Below, piece by piece: positions 13,116 to 26,601 of a stretch of 64,000 bases of DNA. A program made the position numbers and the translations under genes. Numbering within the stretch: position 1 is the first letter of the stretch; each line of letters opens with the position of its first letter. Origin of the DNA: Eledone cirrhosa (taxonomy: Eukaryota); the NCBI GenBank assembly GCA_964016885.1, contig CAXHJY010000872.1, positions 1 through 64,000 of the forward strand, given 5' to 3'. The notes beneath the pieces were generated by a model, which did not search any database, was not told where the DNA came from, and saw nothing but the letters and a program-made list of their open reading frames with translations.

Positions 13116-13754
13116 TCCATCGTCAGTAATTTGCGGCTGGCAGATATTTTCAACAACGTAAAAAGGAAAAGAAATGTAGTTTCCATCGTTCGACCTCATA
13201 TTTCCCTCTCATCCTTTATGGAAGACTACTAAGTTTAGTCCTGAATTACTAAGAAGTTCAAGCAACATGAGTCTAGTTATTCATTTCAAAATCTAATTTT
13301 CTTCCTCGGTTTATGCCTGTAGTAGCTCCTAACATAATTATTTCGTTAAAGATATAGGTGGAAAAATGTTACTTATATGGATATCTCGTTTTATAGAAGC
13401 CAGAAAACTATTAAATTTCATATTGAATAGTATGAAAATAAAAGCAATAAATATATATATATATATTAGTTCCAAACTCTAGTTTCTTGGACGTTTATAT
13501 TTAATCTAAGTCTCAATTTAATTGGAAGTTAAGATTATTGAATTTAGTGTTTGTTTCAGTCTGCACAACACATTGAAAGTCATCTAAGTCAACTGGGAAT
13601 CAAGAAAATAAAATACGTAGACGAAAATATATATTTTATATAACGAATATGTCTGGTAGAAACTATCAACATAACTAGAGTTGAGTAATTAGGAAATAGT
13701 TTCAGCAGCTTAGGAATTTATTGAACTCATACCTTGTCATTGAGATATGCCATA

Positions 13755-13920
13755 TGGTACGGTACGGTACGATTACGGTACAATACAATACGATACGATA
13801 CGATACGATACGATATAATATATGATACATGGTATGGAATGGAATGGTATGGTATGGCATGGTGTGGTATGGTATGGTATGGTGTGGTATGGTATGATAT
13901 GGTCCGTTATGGTATGGTCC
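13755..13920. repeat. Pentanucleotide repeats (CGATA)n/(GGTAT)n
   Basis: Directly visible. Confidence 0.85.
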
Positions 13921-14084
13921 CACATATCCTGATGTAATCGTAGTGGTGCAGTAGAGACATGCATTTCTTGGACATTTTAAAGCCTGACAGAGCCCATCCA
14001 TCTCCAGGTCTAAACACAGAATATTTTTTCTAGAAAAGGATAGAAAATGAGAGAATAGAACTGAGAAAGAGATATAGAGGAAGA

Positions 14085-14243
14085 ATCGACCCCAGTACTT
14101 GACTGGTACATTTTTCATCGACCTGGAATGGAGAAAAAGCAAAGTTGACCGCGGCGGGATTTGAACTCAGAGAGCAGAGAACCGGAATGAATACTGCAAC
14201 ACATCCTATCCGCCGTCCTAACGACTCTGCCAATTTGGCGCCT
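14085..14243 (-). mobile_element. SINE family 1
   Basis: ATCGACCCCAGTACTTGACTGGTAC...AAAGTTGACCGCGGCGGGATTTGAACTCAG...GACTCTGCCAATTTGGCGCC. Confidence 0.75.
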
Positions 14244-14359
14244 ATATGACGTATAACACGTATTAAATAGCTGGGATACGAAATATATATTGTTTTAAAC
14301 TATTTCTCTGAGTAGGGAAGCTTAAACTGTTTACTGCGATACATACATACACACACATA

Positions 14360-14670
<311 letters not shown>

Positions 14671-14956
14671 TGTAGATATATATATACATACATACATACA
14701 TACATACATATGTATATACGTGTATATTATATATATATAATTTATTCTACAAATTTGCGTTCGATATATAAGGTGTTTGTGAGTTTGTCATTATCTGATA
14801 TAAAAATTTAGACTACAATTCAGCTGGCTTAAATATAGACACATGCACACACACACTCTCACACACATATTCTCTCTCTCTCGCACACACACATTCTCTC
14901 TCTCTTTCTCTCTCTCAAATCCTCTCAATCTGTCTCTCACACACACATACACACAC

Positions 14957-15020
<64 letters not shown>

Positions 15021-15024
<4 letters not shown>

Positions 15025-15455
15025 CTTCAAAATATTAATAAATATAGACATTCATGTGATCAAATATATTTTATTATACATATTTCAGAGGTACTGAGCT
15101 ATTTCTTCAGTACGTCCTCATCAGATAAAATAAGTTGATGCCTGACATACCTTGACTATGTTGATGGTTATAATTCAGTCATGGCAGTTTAATTATAACC
15201 ATCAACATAGTCAAGGTATGTCAAGCATCAACTTATTTCATCTGATTAGGACGTACTGTTGAAATAGCTCAGTACCTCTGAAATATGTATAATAAAATAT
15301 ATTTGATGACATGAATGTCTATATTTATTAATATTTTGAAGTAATATTAATAACTCCAGAAAACCTTACTGTAGTGTGCTTCTAATCTATTGTGAAACTT
15401 TATTCATTGATTAATTCATTGAACCCTGTTAAACTTTTAATCAAATTATCAATAT
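15021..15455. mobile_element. HHR element family B fold-back
   Basis: ~155-bp arms 15021-15175 / 15191-15345, right arm extends to (TA)n; each arm has an HHR reading outward. Confidence 0.8.
15068..15131 (-). ncRNA. Hammerhead ribozyme motif (family B)
   Basis: TTTTAT-CTGATGA-GGACGTACTG...CAGTACCTCT-GAA-ATATGTAT-A-ATAAAA. The partner at 15235-15300 (+) has a CTGATTA core mutation. Confidence 0.7.
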
Positions 15456-15464
15456 ATATATATC

Positions 15465-15598
<134 letters not shown>

Positions 15599-16084
15599 TT
15601 GTATATCGTGTCATAAAAGTTTCTCGTTTGTTCGTGTTGTAAGTCCATTTGTTTTCTTCATATTGGTTGTAAACTTGTCCGTAGGTCATGTCTTTAATGC
15701 CAACGTGCGACACATAAACAGAGATAATTACAAAATGACTATTATTCCGGATATATATAAACCACGTATTTATTGACGCGTTAACCTTTATATCCTGTCT
15801 TCTTGTTCCTTTTTATAAGGTCTATCTTATGATGTTGATTAGTATATAATATCTATAACATCTTTATCCTTCGGATATATCTTATTTGATTGTGGCTCTA
15901 CTTGTTAAAGATATAATTATATGTTAGATTCATCGTTGGTGGGGATTTCTTTTATAGAACTCAAATATGGCAAACTGTATCCATTTAGTTATTATCTGCC
16001 TTTGCTTCTGTTTCTTGTTTGTCGTTTATTATAAATTGGTTCTTTCACTTCTAAAGTACACAAGTTTATTATGTATATAAAATC

Positions 16085-16225
16085 GGTAAGTCTGATCGTC
16101 AGAACGTCAGAGAGAGTCCACTGTGGTATTTCGTTCGGCTCTCTGCGCTTTGCTCTACGTTCAAATCCCGCCAAGCAAGAATTTGTCTTTCAGCCATCTG
16201 AGGTCGATTAGTAAAGTACCAATAC
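16085..16225 (+). mobile_element. SINE family 1 (decayed)
   Basis: GTTCAAATCCCGCC...TTTGTCTTTCAGCCATCTGAGGTCGATTAGTAAAGTACCA. Confidence 0.6.
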
Positions 16226-16374
16226 AACACTAGATACATACTTCTTTTCTCTCATATTTGCTCTGTATAGACATGAAAGGAGATGGATCTCCCCTGGGTT
16301 AATATTTTTACTTCTTACTTAATAAGATTTCAAGTCACATGGATAGCCAGGTAGGCATTACAGACACCTCTCTT

Positions 16375-16413
<39 letters not shown>

Positions 16414-16420
16414 ACACACG

Positions 16421-16451
<31 letters not shown>

Positions 16452-16572
16452 TTGCATACTCACACATAAATTTGAATTACCTAAATAAAAAAATGTTTTC
16501 CGCTATCCAGAGACCTTCAACCGTCAAGGTTGTTTTTCTACGAGTATGTCAATATTTATAAAACAAATTTTG

Positions 16573-16638
16573 TATTTTATCTGATGAAAGTACACCAAAA
16601 TTTGCCCTGGTTGCCCTTGAAATATATATAATAAAATA
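16573..16638 (+). ncRNA. Hammerhead ribozyme motif (family B), within element ~16480-16770
   Basis: TATTTTAT-CTGATGA-AAGTACACCA...TGGTTGCCCTT-GAA-ATATATAT-A-ATAAAATA. Confidence 0.7.
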
Positions 16639-16767
16639 ATTATGGTTTTATAAATATAGTTTCCATTTATTAATATATTGAATATTTACTCCAGTAACTG
16701 TTGAGTGCTTCATATCAGTTATAAAACATTTAAGCTTGTTGAATCCCAACAAAGTAAATATAACTTT

Positions 16768-16816
<49 letters not shown>

Positions 16817-16817
<1 letters not shown>

Positions 16818-17183
16818 TACACGGGTGTGTATGATTGTGTACAGAAGATTATATAAATAAAAATAATTCCAACTTTTCTGATTTACCTCGTTTTATTTAC
16901 ATTCATTTAAAATTATAATATTATAATGAAATAGTATGGTGGAATATTAAATGTTAAATGTTAATTGAACAAGTACTTTCAAGCTTTCGTAATCTTCAGG
17001 TTCATATTCTCTGCTGACAGTCAAGTTTGCAATGAACCTCAAGATTGCGAAAGCATGAAAGTACTTGTTCAATTAACATCGAACATTAAATATTTTACCA
17101 TACTATTTCATTATAATATCATTATACTTTTAAAGATTGTAAATAAAACGAGTAAATCAGACAAAGTTGGAATTCCTTTTATT

Positions 17184-17185
<2 letters not shown>
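16817..17185. mobile_element. Fold-back element family E in (TA)n
   Basis: Arms ~16860-17005 / 17032-17182; single-arm homolog at 36055-36270. Confidence 0.75.
16966..17004 (-). ncRNA. Candidate helix-II-less hammerhead (family E)
   Basis: TGAAC-CTGAAGA-TTAC-GAA-AGCTT gaaa GTACT-T-GTTCA; helix III imperfect. Confidence 0.4.
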
Positions 17186-17704
<519 letters not shown>

Positions 17705-17996
17705 AAAAACAAATAAAGAAACGAAATTAAATTTCGTTTCATTTGTAACTCACTTTTGTATGACTGACGCTTAAACAATTAAGTTAAAGATGTACATCCA
17801 TATATGTATACTGAAATACTAGTATGTATATGAATACACACACGTATACATATGTAGATGTACCAAGTTTTTTCACTGGTCACTTTACTGTGAGTGGCAG
17901 CTATTCTGTATGTAAACACACAGACAAACCGTTTTTAGAGTCATACTGGTTTTTGAGGAAACACCTTTCCTCTATTCTCCAGAAAGCCAGACAAGG

Positions 17997-18041
17997 AATA
18001 TTGAACTAGTTTCGTTGTTGTTACAACTCATCAGCAATATT
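17997..18041 (-). ncRNA. Minimal type I hammerhead ribozyme (family R)
   Basis: AATATTG-CTGATGA-GTTG taacaa CAAC-GAA-ACTAGT-T-CAATATT on reverse strand. Confidence 0.85.
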
Positions 18042-18796
18042 TACCTATCTTCCGGCCTCTCTAGAGAATCGTAAAAGCACATATCGTTATATGCTTTTTC
18101 TATGAAAATTAGTAGTGGGCAGACTAATTTGCATAGAGTGTGAGTAAGTACCGGTTCAACGGAGACGATAAAAACAAATAACGAAACGAAATTAAATTTC
18201 GTTTCATTTGTAACTCACTTTTGTATGACTGACGCTTAAACAATTAAGTTAAAGATGTACATCCATATATGTATACTGAAATACTAGTATGTATATGAAT
18301 ACACACACGTATACATATGTAGATGTACCAAGTTTTTTTCACTGGTCACTTTACTGTGAGTGGCCAGCTAATTCTGTATGTAAACACAACAGACAAACCG
18401 GTTTTTAGAGTCATACTGGTTTTTGAGGAAACACCTTTCCTCTATTCTCCAGAAAGCCAGACAACAATAGCTGGCCACTCACAGTAAAGTGACCAGTGAA
18501 AAAACTTGGTACATCTACATATGTATACGTGTGTGTATTCATATACATACTAGTATTTCAGTATACATATATGGATGTACATCTTTAACTTAATTGTTTA
18601 AGCGTCAGTCATACAAAAGTGAGTTACAAATGAAACGAAATTTAATTTCGTTTCGTTATTTGTTTTTATCGTCTCCGTTGAACCGGGTACTTACTCACAC
18701 TCTATGCAAATTAGTCTGCCCACTACTAATTTTCATAGAAAAAGCATATAACGATATGTGCTTTTACGATTCTCTAGAGAGGCCGGAAGATAGGTA

Positions 18797-18841
18797 AATA
18801 TTGCTGATGAGTTGTAACAACAACGAAACTAGTTCAATATT
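18797..18841 (+). ncRNA. Minimal type I hammerhead ribozyme (family R)
   Basis: Perfect core, 7-bp helix I, 4-bp helix II, palindromic ACTAGT helix III, GUU triplet. Confidence 0.85.
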
Positions 18842-19263
18842 CCTTGTCTGGCTTTCTGGAGAATAGAGGAAAGGTGTTTCCTCAAAAACCAGTATGACTC
18901 TAAAAACCGGTTTGTCTGTGTGTTTACATACAGAATAGCTGGCCACTCACAGTAAAGTGACCAGTGAAAAAACTTGGTACATCTACATATGTATACGTGT
19001 GTGTATTCATATACATACTAGTATTTCAGTATACATATATGGATGTACATCTTTAACTTAATTGTTTAAGCGTCAGTCATACAAAAGTGAGTTACAAATG
19101 AAACGAAATTTAATTTCGTTTCGTTATTTGTTTTTATCGTCTCCGTTGAACCGGTACTTACTCACACTCTATGCAAATTAGTCTGCCCACTACTAATTTT
19201 CATAGAAAAAGCATATAACGATATGTGCTTTTACGATTCTCTAGAGAGGCCGGAAGATAGGTA

Positions 19264-19308
19264 AATATTGCTGATGAGTTGTAACAACAACGAAACTAGT
19301 TCAATATT
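19264..19308 (+). ncRNA. Minimal type I hammerhead ribozyme (family R)
   Basis: Identical to 18797-18841. Confidence 0.85.
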
Positions 19309-19730
19309 CCTTGTCTGGCTTCTGGAGAATAGAGGAAAGGTGTTTCCTCAAAAACCAGTATGACTCTAAAAACCGGTTTGTCTGTGTGTTTACATACAGA
19401 ATAGCTGGCCACTCACAGTAAAGTGACCAGTGAAAAAACTTGGTACATCTACATATGTATACGTGTGTGTATTCATATACATACTAGTATTTCAGTATAC
19501 ATATATGGATGTACATCTTTAACTTAATTGTTTAAGCGTCAGTCACTACAAAAGTGAGTTACAAATGAAACGAAATTTAATTTCGTTTCGTTATTTGTTT
19601 TTATCGTCTCCGTTGAACCGGTACTTACTCACACTCTATGCAAATTAGTCTGCCCACTACTAATTTTCATAGAAAAAGCATATAACGATATGTGCTTTTA
19701 CGATTCTCTAGAGAGGCCGGAAGATAGGTA

Positions 19731-19775
19731 AATATTGCTGATGAGTTGTAACAACAACGAAACTAGTTCAATATC
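19731..19775 (+). ncRNA. Minimal type I hammerhead ribozyme (family R)
   Basis: Same motif, one distal helix I change. Confidence 0.85.
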
Positions 19776-20013
19776 CCTTGTCTGGCTTTCTGGAGAATAG
19801 AGGAAAGGTGTTTCCTCAAAACCAGTATGACTCTAAAAACCGGTTTGTCTGTGTGTTTACATACAGAATAGCTGGCCACTCACAGTAAGTGACCAGTGAA
19901 AAAACTTGGTACATCTACATATGTTATACGTGTGTGTATTCATATACATACTAGTATTTCAGTATACATATATGGATGTACATCTTTAACTTAATTGCAT
20001 ATATATATACATA

Positions 20014-20347
20014 TTGTTTTTTCCGTTCATTGCCAGAGAACGTCTCCACGAACCACCTAATAGAATATTAGTCTACGACTTCAGTTATACCATAAACGTG
20101 GTTTCGTCTTTGCGTGTAATTGTTTTCACCGGTCCAAATAATGACGTATTATATTCGTTTTTCGTTCTTTGCCAGGGAACGTTTCCACGAACCAAAGTAT
20201 CGTCTTCCTGTCTTCCTTCGGTTGCCACGTTTTTCGAAATATTTACTTCTGCGATCACAGATTGATTTTGTTAGTTTCAGAAGATCCTCCCGTTAAAGGT
20301 GAACGCAGCGATTCTTTGCTTAAACTTTAATCTGTTATTTTAATAAA
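20014..20347 (+). mobile_element. Element family D
   Basis: Reverse-complement homolog of 3615-3945; ends AATAAA plus TA/CA repeat. Confidence 0.65.
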
Positions 20348-20368
20348 TACATACATACACATACACAT

Positions 20369-20686
<318 letters not shown>

Positions 20687-21139
20687 TGGGATGGGTCTGT
20701 GTGTATGTATGTATAAAAAGTAACTAGAAATAACTCCGGCATAATCTCGTCTGACATCTGTGACAGCTTGTGTCATATTCATTAGCTAAAAAAAAAAAAT
20801 TCAAGATAAAAAATTAAGATATCGAATCAATGAGGTGTGGATCGGCGATACCAATATCTAATCTTAAACAACTCCGGCAGAATAAATCAATAACAAAATA
20901 AATAAATAAATAAATGTATAAATAAATAAATAGGAAAGTTTTCCTGCAGATTTCTTCTGTTCTTTTGAAAGAAACAGTTCTAGTTCTGTAGAAGTCATTT
21001 CTATATTGAACATGATGTTTACACTCTACTAATATATTGAGTACCTTACTAAGTGTTACCCCCACTTTAACCCGACACGCACACACACACACACATGTAA
21101 TATATATATATATATATAAAATTATAAAATAAGACGAAT

Positions 21140-21318
21140 TAATTGTTTCTACTTTTGGCACAAGACCAGCAATTATTCAAGTGTATTACTGGTACTTTAT
21201 GTTATCGACCCCGTAAGGATGAAAGGCAAAGTTAACCTCGGCGGGATTTGAACTCATACCGTAAAGGGACGTAACTATGCTGGAAAGCATAGTGTCCGTT
21301 TCTCTACCGATACTGCCA
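21140..21318 (-). mobile_element. SINE family 1 (young subfamily)
   Basis: AATTGTTTCTACTTTTGGCACAAGACCAGC...ATCGACCCCGTAAGGATGAAAGGCAAAGTTAACCTCGGCGGGATTTGAACTC. Confidence 0.85.
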
Positions 21319-21411
21319 TGGAAATAATGGACAGAACTCTATATTTATTTTGTCTTCGAAGTCCCGAATATAACGTTTCGCTGATCTATATATCTATCTA
21401 CCCATATCTAT

Positions 21412-21489
<78 letters not shown>

Positions 21490-21800
21490 ACCCGAACTTC
21501 TACCAGGAAATCTTTCGTATCTTTGAAATTTTCTTTGCTTCTTGCATTTAAATATTCCACGACTCTCTACCACTTTTCCTCTACTACATTCTTCTCAACG
21601 TCTATTTTCACTCCCACCCTAGTACCTTCAATATGCCCAATCTCAAATCTTTTCTCTGCCAGCTCCATTCTACTCTCAAGCGCTACTCTCAACCTCTCCC
21701 CCCTATATGCATCCAATAATGGACCTATTATTTTTATCTAAAGACATGTTTTCCAATTCCATCCCGCCCGTCCCCTTAATCTATTTTATTTCTCATTCTT

Positions 21801-21836
21801 TCTTCTGATGAAGGACTAGCGTCCGAAACGTTAAGA
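21801..21836 (+). ncRNA. Minimal hammerhead ribozyme (family H), element ~21490-21925
   Basis: TCTT-CTGATGA-A-GGAC tagc GTCC-GAA-ACGT-T-AAGA; palindromic ACGT helix III as in PLE minimal HHRs; element ends in (TA)n. Confidence 0.8.
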
Positions 21837-21923
21837 CCCTCTTCCTGCTATATCAAGCTTTAACCTAATATATCCCTTCCATATACTGTACCGATTGTGT
21901 TGTTATTTCTGTTTACCTTTTTC

Positions 21924-21954
<31 letters not shown>

Positions 21955-22981
21955 AATTGGTGTGGGGAAATGAAAGAAATATCAACGTTTCGATCTGCGG
22001 CCCTTCTCTATCTTGAGTATTATTATTCCATTGCAATTACATTTCCTAATATAAATTCTACTAGCTTATCTGATGCTAATTTCATATAACAATAATATGC
22101 CTTATCTAAGTTTGTAGTGTGTTACAAGGTAAATCTCATGAGATTTCAATTATATATGTGACTATCTAATATTTGTGAATGACTGCCAGGGAGTTCTTCT
22201 GTTGAAAACATTATTATCGTGGTAAATGCACAATTATATAACAAGGTTAAAGCAACACTGACATACTCCGCACAATATCTTATCTAGTGGATATTTCTTT
22301 TACATTCTCATTATAAAAGATTGCAAAATATTTAAATATTCAACTTATAATTTTTTTAATAACTGGAAGGCGTCGGATAAATTGCCTTAAATATTTACTT
22401 TGGCATCAATGTTAATAAATTTAATAATAGAAAATTTGTTGCATATATTTTTCTTTATGAAAATAAAATTGTTCTCTAACCAAGTCAGAATATATAATTC
22501 TCAGTTTCTATAAGCTTGTTGATTACTGATAATGACCCACCCGGTGAACTGTATTGAGGAGATCCTGTGTCAACCCTATACACTAGTTGTTTAACACCCT
22601 CTGTACTAAATTTAAATTACTTCATTCCACCCGGTTAAACCCGGTAAATTGGCAGAAATGGGAGACCTTGGGCGTAATTTTCCTGATCTTTGCTTTGGAA
22701 GTCCCAAATTCCATTCTAGCCATCATTTCTTTTGGGGTTGATAATAGAGTGTATCAGTCCAGAACGGTGGATTTTCTATGGGAAATGAATAAACACCTAA
22801 ATTCAATATAATTCTATCACATTTATATTAGAATATGAAAGCAAACCGCAGAAAACAATATCAGTGTATATGGGAAATGTGTTCCAACAAAATATTCAAT
22901 TGTGTTGAATAAACATGTAATTATTTAAACAGCATAGGAATAATTAAAATCTAAGAAATTCAGAAAATATTTACCTAAATA

Positions 22982-23380
22982 TAATTGTTTCTACTTTAGG
23001 CACAAGGCCAGCAATTACCCAGTGCATTACTGGTACTTTATTTTATCGACCCCGTAAGGATGAAAGGCAAAGTCAACCTCGGCGGGATTTGAACTCAGAT
23101 CGCAAAGAGACGTAACTATGCTGGAAAGCATCGCGTCCGACCCTCTACCGATACTGCCAATCCACCTAAATATAATGGTTTCTTATATAGGCACAAGGCC
23201 AGCAATTTCTGGGGAGGGGAAAGTCGATTAAATCGACCCCAGTGATAACAGGTACTTTATTTTATCGACCCGGTAAGGATGAAAGACAAAGTAAACCTCG
23301 ACGGGATTTGAACTCAGATCATAAAGGGCCGTAACTCTATGTTGCAAAGCATGGTGTCCGACTCTCTACCAATACTGCCA
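22982..23380 (-). mobile_element. Two tandem SINE family 1 copies
   Basis: Copies at ~22982-23166 (TSD-like ACCTAAATATAAT at 22972 and 23164) and ~23172-23380. Confidence 0.85.
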
Positions 23381-23614
23381 AAATAAAGAAATAAATGTAT
23401 CGATGACTTCATTGCCGATTCATTTTCTAACATCTAATAATGTAAAGAAGTTGTGGTGTTCATGCTTATCTCATTGTCTATTATATATTTAAACGATGAC
23501 TAGATATTTCGGCGAAAAGTTTCAAACAGTAAAGTTATTATCTCCATCTACTTTATTTACTCTGCCATTGAATAATCAAAACCGTAACGGTATGTCCTAT
23601 ATCCAATCTCTCAT

Positions 23615-23677
23615 TATTTTATCCGATGAAAACGTACTTAAACACCATTGTACCTTTGAAATATGTATAATAAAATA
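23615..23677 (+). ncRNA. Hammerhead motif family B (core variant CCGATGA)
   Basis: TATTTTAT-CCGATGA-AAACGTAC...GTACCTTT-GAA-ATATGTAT-A-ATAAAATA. Confidence 0.55.
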
Positions 23678-23734
23678 TATATTTTGGTTATGAGAATATT
23701 TTTCATTTATTAATATTTTGAATAATATATATAT

Positions 23735-23963
23735 ATAGGAATATGTTCAGGACTTCGACGGCAGAGCTGAAGCCTTTTCGACGGCTATTTCTGGGCTGAA
23801 ATAGTCGTCTGGACTGAAATAGTCCAGAAATAGCCGTCGAAACGGCTTGGGCTGTGCTGTCGGGGTCCCGAACATTTTCCTATTACCCACTCTACTACCC
23901 GAAGTATCGAGGACTCTGGTGCGTTATGGTCCACCTGGTTTCTAACCACACTTCCTTCGTTAT
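23735..23963. mobile_element. Fold-back element family C
   Basis: Arms around apex ~23800; GAAACGGC...GCTGTC-GGGGTC; TA flanks. Confidence 0.7.
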
Positions 23964-24241
23964 GTATATATATATAATTATTATTGATTACCGTATTGAT
24001 TTCTCTAACAACGACAACAACAACAAAAACAAACTAATTATTTTGAGCTGGAAATGAGGCCGTGGGGTTTAATGTCTTTAAAAAATCATATGAAATTATC
24101 TTTGATAGTTAAAGGAGTTTCATTGATGGTAATATCATCATTGGATGTCAGACATGACTTTAACACCATTAATTATCTAGTTCTCTTTAACGTATGATAT
24201 AGCCTCCAAGTATATATATACACACATATATATCCATGTAT

Positions 24242-24289
<48 letters not shown>

Positions 24290-24520
24290 GTGCACATGTT
24301 TATATATGTGTGGATGTGTGTATATATATTTATATATTAATAGTGACAGAATCTATGTAAGTTATTGCTATTAGTGATAACTCCTTGTCATGTAGCTTTA
24401 AGTAAATATAGGTAGTACGTTTTACATTTTCTACAACGATATATTACAATCGATACTTGCTTGAAAGTAAATTTAAACAAGAGAAGACTACTTCCTCGAT
24501 TTTATTACTACACACACACA

Positions 24521-24604
<84 letters not shown>

Positions 24605-24723
24605 TCATATACATAGATACACACACGCACACAGATATATATATATGTATATATATATACATGTTCATATATATATACACATGTATATATATATATATAT
24701 TTACACAGACACACACACACACA

Positions 24724-24808
<85 letters not shown>

Positions 24809-25398
24809 TTACACGCAGGACTAAACATTAGTTCTTTGCATGCAAGTCATTGTTTAAGGGGAAAATTTGTAGATGACAGTTCTTGGCACAAACCATATGA
24901 GAATTAACTCGCAGATTATTGCCAAAAACATTTAGGATATTGACAATCCGTCATACCTAGCGCGCAAGATATTACAACAAATAATACCACCATTACTTCA
25001 TAAAATGTCCGCTGAGAATTCAGTCAAATTATTTGTTTTGCTATTTTACTAATGGTGGGGAACTGCAAACCGACAAGAGATTGAAGTGAATGTTTGAAGC
25101 TTTGAATTTAGAATCATGACGTGGCACCTGGCAGGAGACGTCAAAGAGAGTTTAGTAAGAATTTGTTTAGTCACAAACCTTACATGTCATGTACACATGA
25201 AGTTATTATGTATAATTTAGAGTGCAATAGATTTGTAGAACTGTTAGTGTATTAGAGTATTTAATTACAGTATTTAATTACAGCTTTTTGCATTCTGTGT
25301 TCAAATTCGGCTGTAGTCAGCTATTATATATAATTTTGAGAGCGGGGTTTGGCAGCATATTTAGAGCCACTGATAACATTTCTTGCCGTATATTTAAT

Positions 25399-25782
25399 AA
25401 AGACGCGGGGAGAGAGAGAGGAGAAAGAAGAGAGAAATCGATAGTGGCTTATAATATTACTGCTGAAAGATATTAGGGAGTACTTAAAAATTCAACCTCC
25501 ACAGCTGACAATCAGAACCCCATAATATAATTATTTTAATTATTTCTAACATTAAATAATTGTTTCTACTTTAGGCACAAGGCCAGCAATTATCCAGTGC
25601 ATTACTGGTACTTTATTTTATCGGCCCCGTAAGGATGAAAGGCAAAGTCAACATAGGCCTAACATTAAATAATACCTTCTAATTTTGAGTGACAATTTAT
25701 TTCATCAACTACAGAAGTATGAAAGAAAATTCTACCTCGTTGGGATTCATTTTGCGGTTATAAACTAGATAAATTAACTAGT

Positions 25783-25841
<59 letters not shown>

Positions 25842-26048
25842 CTTTCATACTTACGTAGTAGATGAAATAAATTGTCAGTCAAAATTAGAAGGTATTATTT
25901 AATGTTAGAAACAATTAAAAGAATAATATTATGAGGTTCTGATTGTCAGCTGTGGAGGTTGAATGTTTAAGTACTCCCTAATATCTTTCAGCAGTAATAT
26001 TATAAGCCACTATCGATTTCTCTCTTCTCTCTCTCCCCCTTCGTCTTT
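25399..26048. repeat. ~200-bp inverted duplication with (TA)n in the loop; left arm interrupted by a SINE
   Basis: 25399-25730 vs 25835-26048 reverse complement; SINE fragment 25561-25658 with 15-bp TSD CTAACATTAAATAAT. Confidence 0.8.
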
Positions 26049-26181
26049 CTCACTCTTCTTTTTTCCCAAATATCATATACTATTGTTTCTAATGTAGACA
26101 CACAGCCAGCGGTTCTGGTTGAATGGTTAGTCGATTAAATCGAGACGGTGTTTCACATGCTCTTTATTTTATCAAACCTCG

Positions 26182-26244
<63 letters not shown>

Positions 26245-26414
26245 AAATAGTAGAAATGAAATAGAATTTTTCAGAAGAAAATGTTGAGATATTTTTGGTG
26301 AAATATCAAAACATTAATTGATATACAATATCGATTTTAGCATTAAATGCATTGTCAATTGCGGATATGCAGAATATTGTTAAGTTGCATATTTGTACAA
26401 ATGGTGATAATAAA

Positions 26415-26468
<54 letters not shown>

Positions 26469-26469
<1 letters not shown>

Positions 26470-26590
26470 GGAACATCAAGAACCCTCCGATACGTCCTGA
26501 ATATCTGAGGCTGCAGGTAGTGGCTTGATATTCATTTCAACAAAACTTTCCAGTTAACTAACATCAATGACTGAGACTCAAAGAGTAATA
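26469..26590 (+). mobile_element. R4/Dong-like LINE extreme 3' end in (TAA)n
   Basis: GGAACATCAAGAACCCTCCGATACGTCCTGAATATCTGAGGCTGCAGGTAGTGGCTTGATATTC matches the 3' end of 50810-51632; (AAT)n flanks. Confidence 0.8.
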
Positions 26591-26601
26591 ACAATAATAA
26601 T

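Larger units (their letters stand above)
17705..19997. mobile_element. Retrozyme-like tandem array of ~467-bp HHR-containing units with internal inversion (family R)
   Basis: About 1.6 units in one orientation (17705-18464), then about 3.3 units inverted (18466-19997); CTGATGA cores at 18804, 19271, 19738 (spacing 467); TA repeats at both ends; units nearly identical. Confidence 0.85.

Noticed and set aside
15021-15345. Fold-backs as TA-TSD MITEs
   Set aside because: Termini are not fixed between copies, arms are asymmetric and contain HHRs, unlike the true MITEs at 47296 and 50337.
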